Shown here piece after piece: positions 32,266 through 34,269 of a stretch of DNA of 34,269 nt. This stretch comes from a virus (Duplodnaviria; Caudoviricetes), in the IMG/VR virus record IMGVR_UViG_3300010148_000050, positions 1 through 34,269 of that record, one strand, 5' to 3'. The notes beneath the pieces are model-generated. The model had not been told where the DNA came from, did not search any database, and saw only the letters and a program-made list of their open reading frames with translations. A program made the position numbers and the translations under genes. How positions within the stretch are numbered: position 1 is the stretch's first letter; each line of letters opens with the position of its first letter.

Positions 32266-32622
32266 TTAACGTTTCCCACCATCGTACTCGACAGCATGTC
32301 CCTCACTTACTAATGCTTCATTAACATTAATAGGTAAGTTTAAGTCATCTGGATATATAATTAAAGTACCTATTACTCTACCATATTTACCCAGTTCTTT
32401 ACTCTCTACAACAAGACTTCCTTTATCTAATAATTCTATTAATCTAGCTTTTGCAGCTAAACCTTTTTTCTTTTCTTCTAGATTTCTTGTTCTAGATTCT
32501 GGCGCATTTATACCAGCCAGTCTTACTCTTTTGTGAACACTAATATCAAATCCTAGATCTATATTAACATCGATAGTATCACCATCAACTACTCTATCTA
32601 ATTTTGCTTTGTATGTATACAT
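32266..32622 (-). CDS. Thermonuclease (staphylococcal nuclease-like) protein
   Basis: RVVDGDT, RVRLAGINAPE, GKYGR, NEALVSEGHA motifs; no signal peptide. Confidence 0.88.
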   Translation of the reverse strand: MYTYKAKLDRVVDGDTIDVNIDLGFDISVHKRVRLAGINAPESRTRNLEEKKKGLAAKARLIELLDKGSLVVESKELGKYGRVIGTLIIYPDDLNLPINVNEALVSEGHAVEYDGGKR

Positions 32623-32623
32623 A

Positions 32624-33001
32624 TTATTGAAATTTATTTAATAGTAATGTATCTATAGAATTTTGAACTGTCTTTTTATCAGCATCTAATTGAAACATAA
32701 TATTAGGTTTAAACCTTTCTTTTTCTGTTCCATTCTCAAAGATAATTACAGTGGGTATAGCCTCAACACTATAATCCATTTGTAAATCCATATCAGATGT
32801 TATATCTATTCTATAAACATTACATTCTTTTAACTTTATTAATTCTTTAAATTCATTTGAAGCATTCCATGCAGCCCAAAACTCAACTACTACTATATCT
32901 TTAGCTACCTTATTCTTAAAATTATTTTTGTTAATTACTTCTTGTGCGTAACCTATATTTGCTAAACACACTATTAGCAGTATTAATATTAATTTTTTCA
33001 T
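32624..33001 (-). CDS. Secreted thioredoxin-fold protein lacking CxxC
   Basis: Signal peptide MKKLILILLIVCLANIGYA; VVVEFWAAWN in place of VDFWAxWC; YSVEAIPTVIIFENG cis-Pro loop. Confidence 0.75.
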   Translation of the reverse strand: MKKLILILLIVCLANIGYAQEVINKNNFKNKVAKDIVVVEFWAAWNASNEFKELIKLKECNVYRIDITSDMDLQMDYSVEAIPTVIIFENGTEKERFKPNIMFQLDADKKTVQNSIDTLLLNKFQ

Positions 33002-33342
33002 TTTTTTAATTCTTTTAATTCTTCTTCTAAATCTTCTAGATCTTTAATTACTTGATCTATTTTATTACGAGCCATTTGATCTTTCATATTAAACTCCATA
33101 CGAGTCGGTGGCCATGTATTAGTAGCAGCAGGATCACCCATATCTATTGTATAAGTACCTGTTCCTGGTTTAGGCATTTCTAATGCTTTTTCTACTTTAT
33201 CTTCAAGCTCTGAAAACTTAGAATTAATAGTACTCATTAAACCAAAATAAGAAGAAACAACAGTAATAACTGCTGCTACTATACTTATTAGAGTTTTTAT
33301 ACTAACTTGAAATTTGCTATTTTCCGATAATTCTTTTGTCAT
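32998..33342 (-). CDS. Single-TM coiled-coil membrane protein
   Basis: 114 aa; TM LISIVAAVITVVSSYFGL; two heptad segments flanking a Pro-rich linker; 4-nt overlap with the thioredoxin-fold gene. Confidence 0.6.
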   Translation of the reverse strand: MTKELSENSKFQVSIKTLISIVAAVITVVSSYFGLMSTINSKFSELEDKVEKALEMPKPGTGTYTIDMGDPAATNTWPPTRMEFNMKDQMARNKIDQVIKDLEDLEEELKELKK

Positions 33343-33354
33343 TATTCATAAATT

Positions 33355-33645
33355 TTACTGATCCAATATTAATAAAACATCTGCAGAACCTGATTCTAAT
33401 GTTATATTCAGAGTATAATTAGGATCAAAACTATACCCCTGTTGAAAGACATTTAAAGATTCATTAGCTATAATACGCAATGATTTCGATATATGATATT
33501 TTTCATAGGTTTTGCTTAAATATATACTAATTACAATTTCACTATCTGTAGTATTTGTAATTATCAAACTCTTTATATTATTTGCTCCCGCTTTTAATCT
33601 TACTGAGTTTGGTGCTGATATTTGTTTATATACGTAATTTTCCAT
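33355..33645 (-). CDS. Hypothetical small beta-rich protein
   Basis: 96 aa; IKSLIITNT motif; stop/start overlap with the upstream gene. Confidence 0.55.
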   Translation of the reverse strand: MENYVYKQISAPNSVRLKAGANNIKSLIITNTTDSEIVISIYLSKTYEKYHISKSLRIIANESLNVFQQGYSFDPNYTLNITLESGSADVLLILDQ

Positions 33646-34145
33646 TATACTAGTGTTTGAGGAGTTCCTTTATAAGCTACTCTATTAATTGTATCTTCAA
33701 GGATCCATCCTAATTGAGCTGTTCCTTGTTTTTGTCCTTTTTGTGGAGGTACTATTCTTATTTCTAAATTTAAAATAAGTCCTATTCCTATGTGTACCTG
33801 AATAGGTGGTATATATGTATTACCTTTTAATGCTGTAGTATTTGTAGTTCCTAATTGCAATAAAGCTGTATCACCAGCTAGTGCTGTTTTATTAGTTGTC
33901 CCTAACACCATACTATCTTTTGCAGTATTAGTTGTAATAGCATTTGCTTGTGCTGTTGTTATTCCAGTTTTAGCATTATTAGCTGCCATATCAGTTATAT
34001 GATTATTTAATAAATCTGTCAACTCATCTATCTTAGTTACTAGTCCTTGTAAAAACTTATCACGTTCAGTTTGATGAGAAGTATCTTTATTTATAGCAAT
34101 ATCATATCCCGAATTTGCTACATCTGTAAATTTTGTTATTGCCAT
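33645..34145 (-). CDS. Hypothetical fibre-like protein with short internal repeats
   Basis: 166 aa; coiled coil, ANNAKTGITTAQANAITTNTAK, then LGTTNKTALAGDT / LGTTNTTALKGNT. Confidence 0.6.
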   Translation of the reverse strand: MAITKFTDVANSGYDIAINKDTSHQTERDKFLQGLVTKIDELTDLLNNHITDMAANNAKTGITTAQANAITTNTAKDSMVLGTTNKTALAGDTALLQLGTTNTTALKGNTYIPPIQVHIGIGLILNLEIRIVPPQKGQKQGTAQLGWILEDTINRVAYKGTPQTLV

Positions 34146-34151
34146 TATTAT

Positions 34152-34268
34152 CTAATTTGTATAAACTCCATTAATATTAATATTAAAAAATAAATCTTGA
34201 TTACCACTATTACTATCTTTCTTTAACCAAATAAATAACATGTCATCTTCTGCAAATGTATTACTTGA
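34152..34268 (-). CDS. 3' end of a gene entering from the right edge
   Basis: Open frame SSNTFAEDDMLFIWLKKDSNSGNQDLFFNININGVYTN, then TAG at 34154-34152, 6 nt before the next ATG. Confidence 0.55.
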   Translation of the reverse strand, partial: SSNTFAEDDMLFIWLKKDSNSGNQDLFFNININGVYTN

Positions 34269-34269
34269 A

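Noticed and set aside
1-34269. Stop-codon reassignment (TAG or TGA), known in some crAss-like phages
   Set aside because: Long genes are intact under code 11, and TAG (2967, 4856, 34152) and TGA (2558, 32998) end genes at or near the next start.
1-34269. tRNA, rRNA or CRISPR array
   Set aside because: Intergenic gaps are under about 70 nt and AT-rich; no cloverleaf or regularly spaced direct repeats seen.

Overview
AT-rich fragment of a tailed dsDNA phage with Crassvirales (crAss-like) gene content and order; probably an environmental phage of a Bacteroidota/Flavobacteriia host. All credible genes are on the minus strand and form one late/virion region read from right to left. It begins with small membrane, thioredoxin-fold and SNase-like genes, then terminase large subunit, portal, a lysozyme-like insert, an acidic scaffold-like protein, major capsid protein and the conserved crAss capsid-block genes. 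An ~17 kb variable block follows (Cys-rich hub/fibre genes, a 3606-aa modular protein, small paralogues, candidate lysis genes, a NUMOD1-metallophosphoesterase). The window ends with ring/IHF-like/tail-tube genes and the start of the tail stabilisation (muzzle) gene, which the ORF track missed. The most notable feature is the 3606-aa protein. It appears to be a chain of about 11-12 CxxC-containing modules into which beta-propellers and an intact-looking metzincin Zn-protease are inserted, followed by GCTD-type repeats and a vWA-like end. I also found three Bacteroidota-type housekeeping promoters, a TGTTTAA motif at a fixed distance upstream of five start codons, and a candidate one-piece spanin with reversed topology. 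Family calls come from motif recognition and synteny by eye; no database searches were run.
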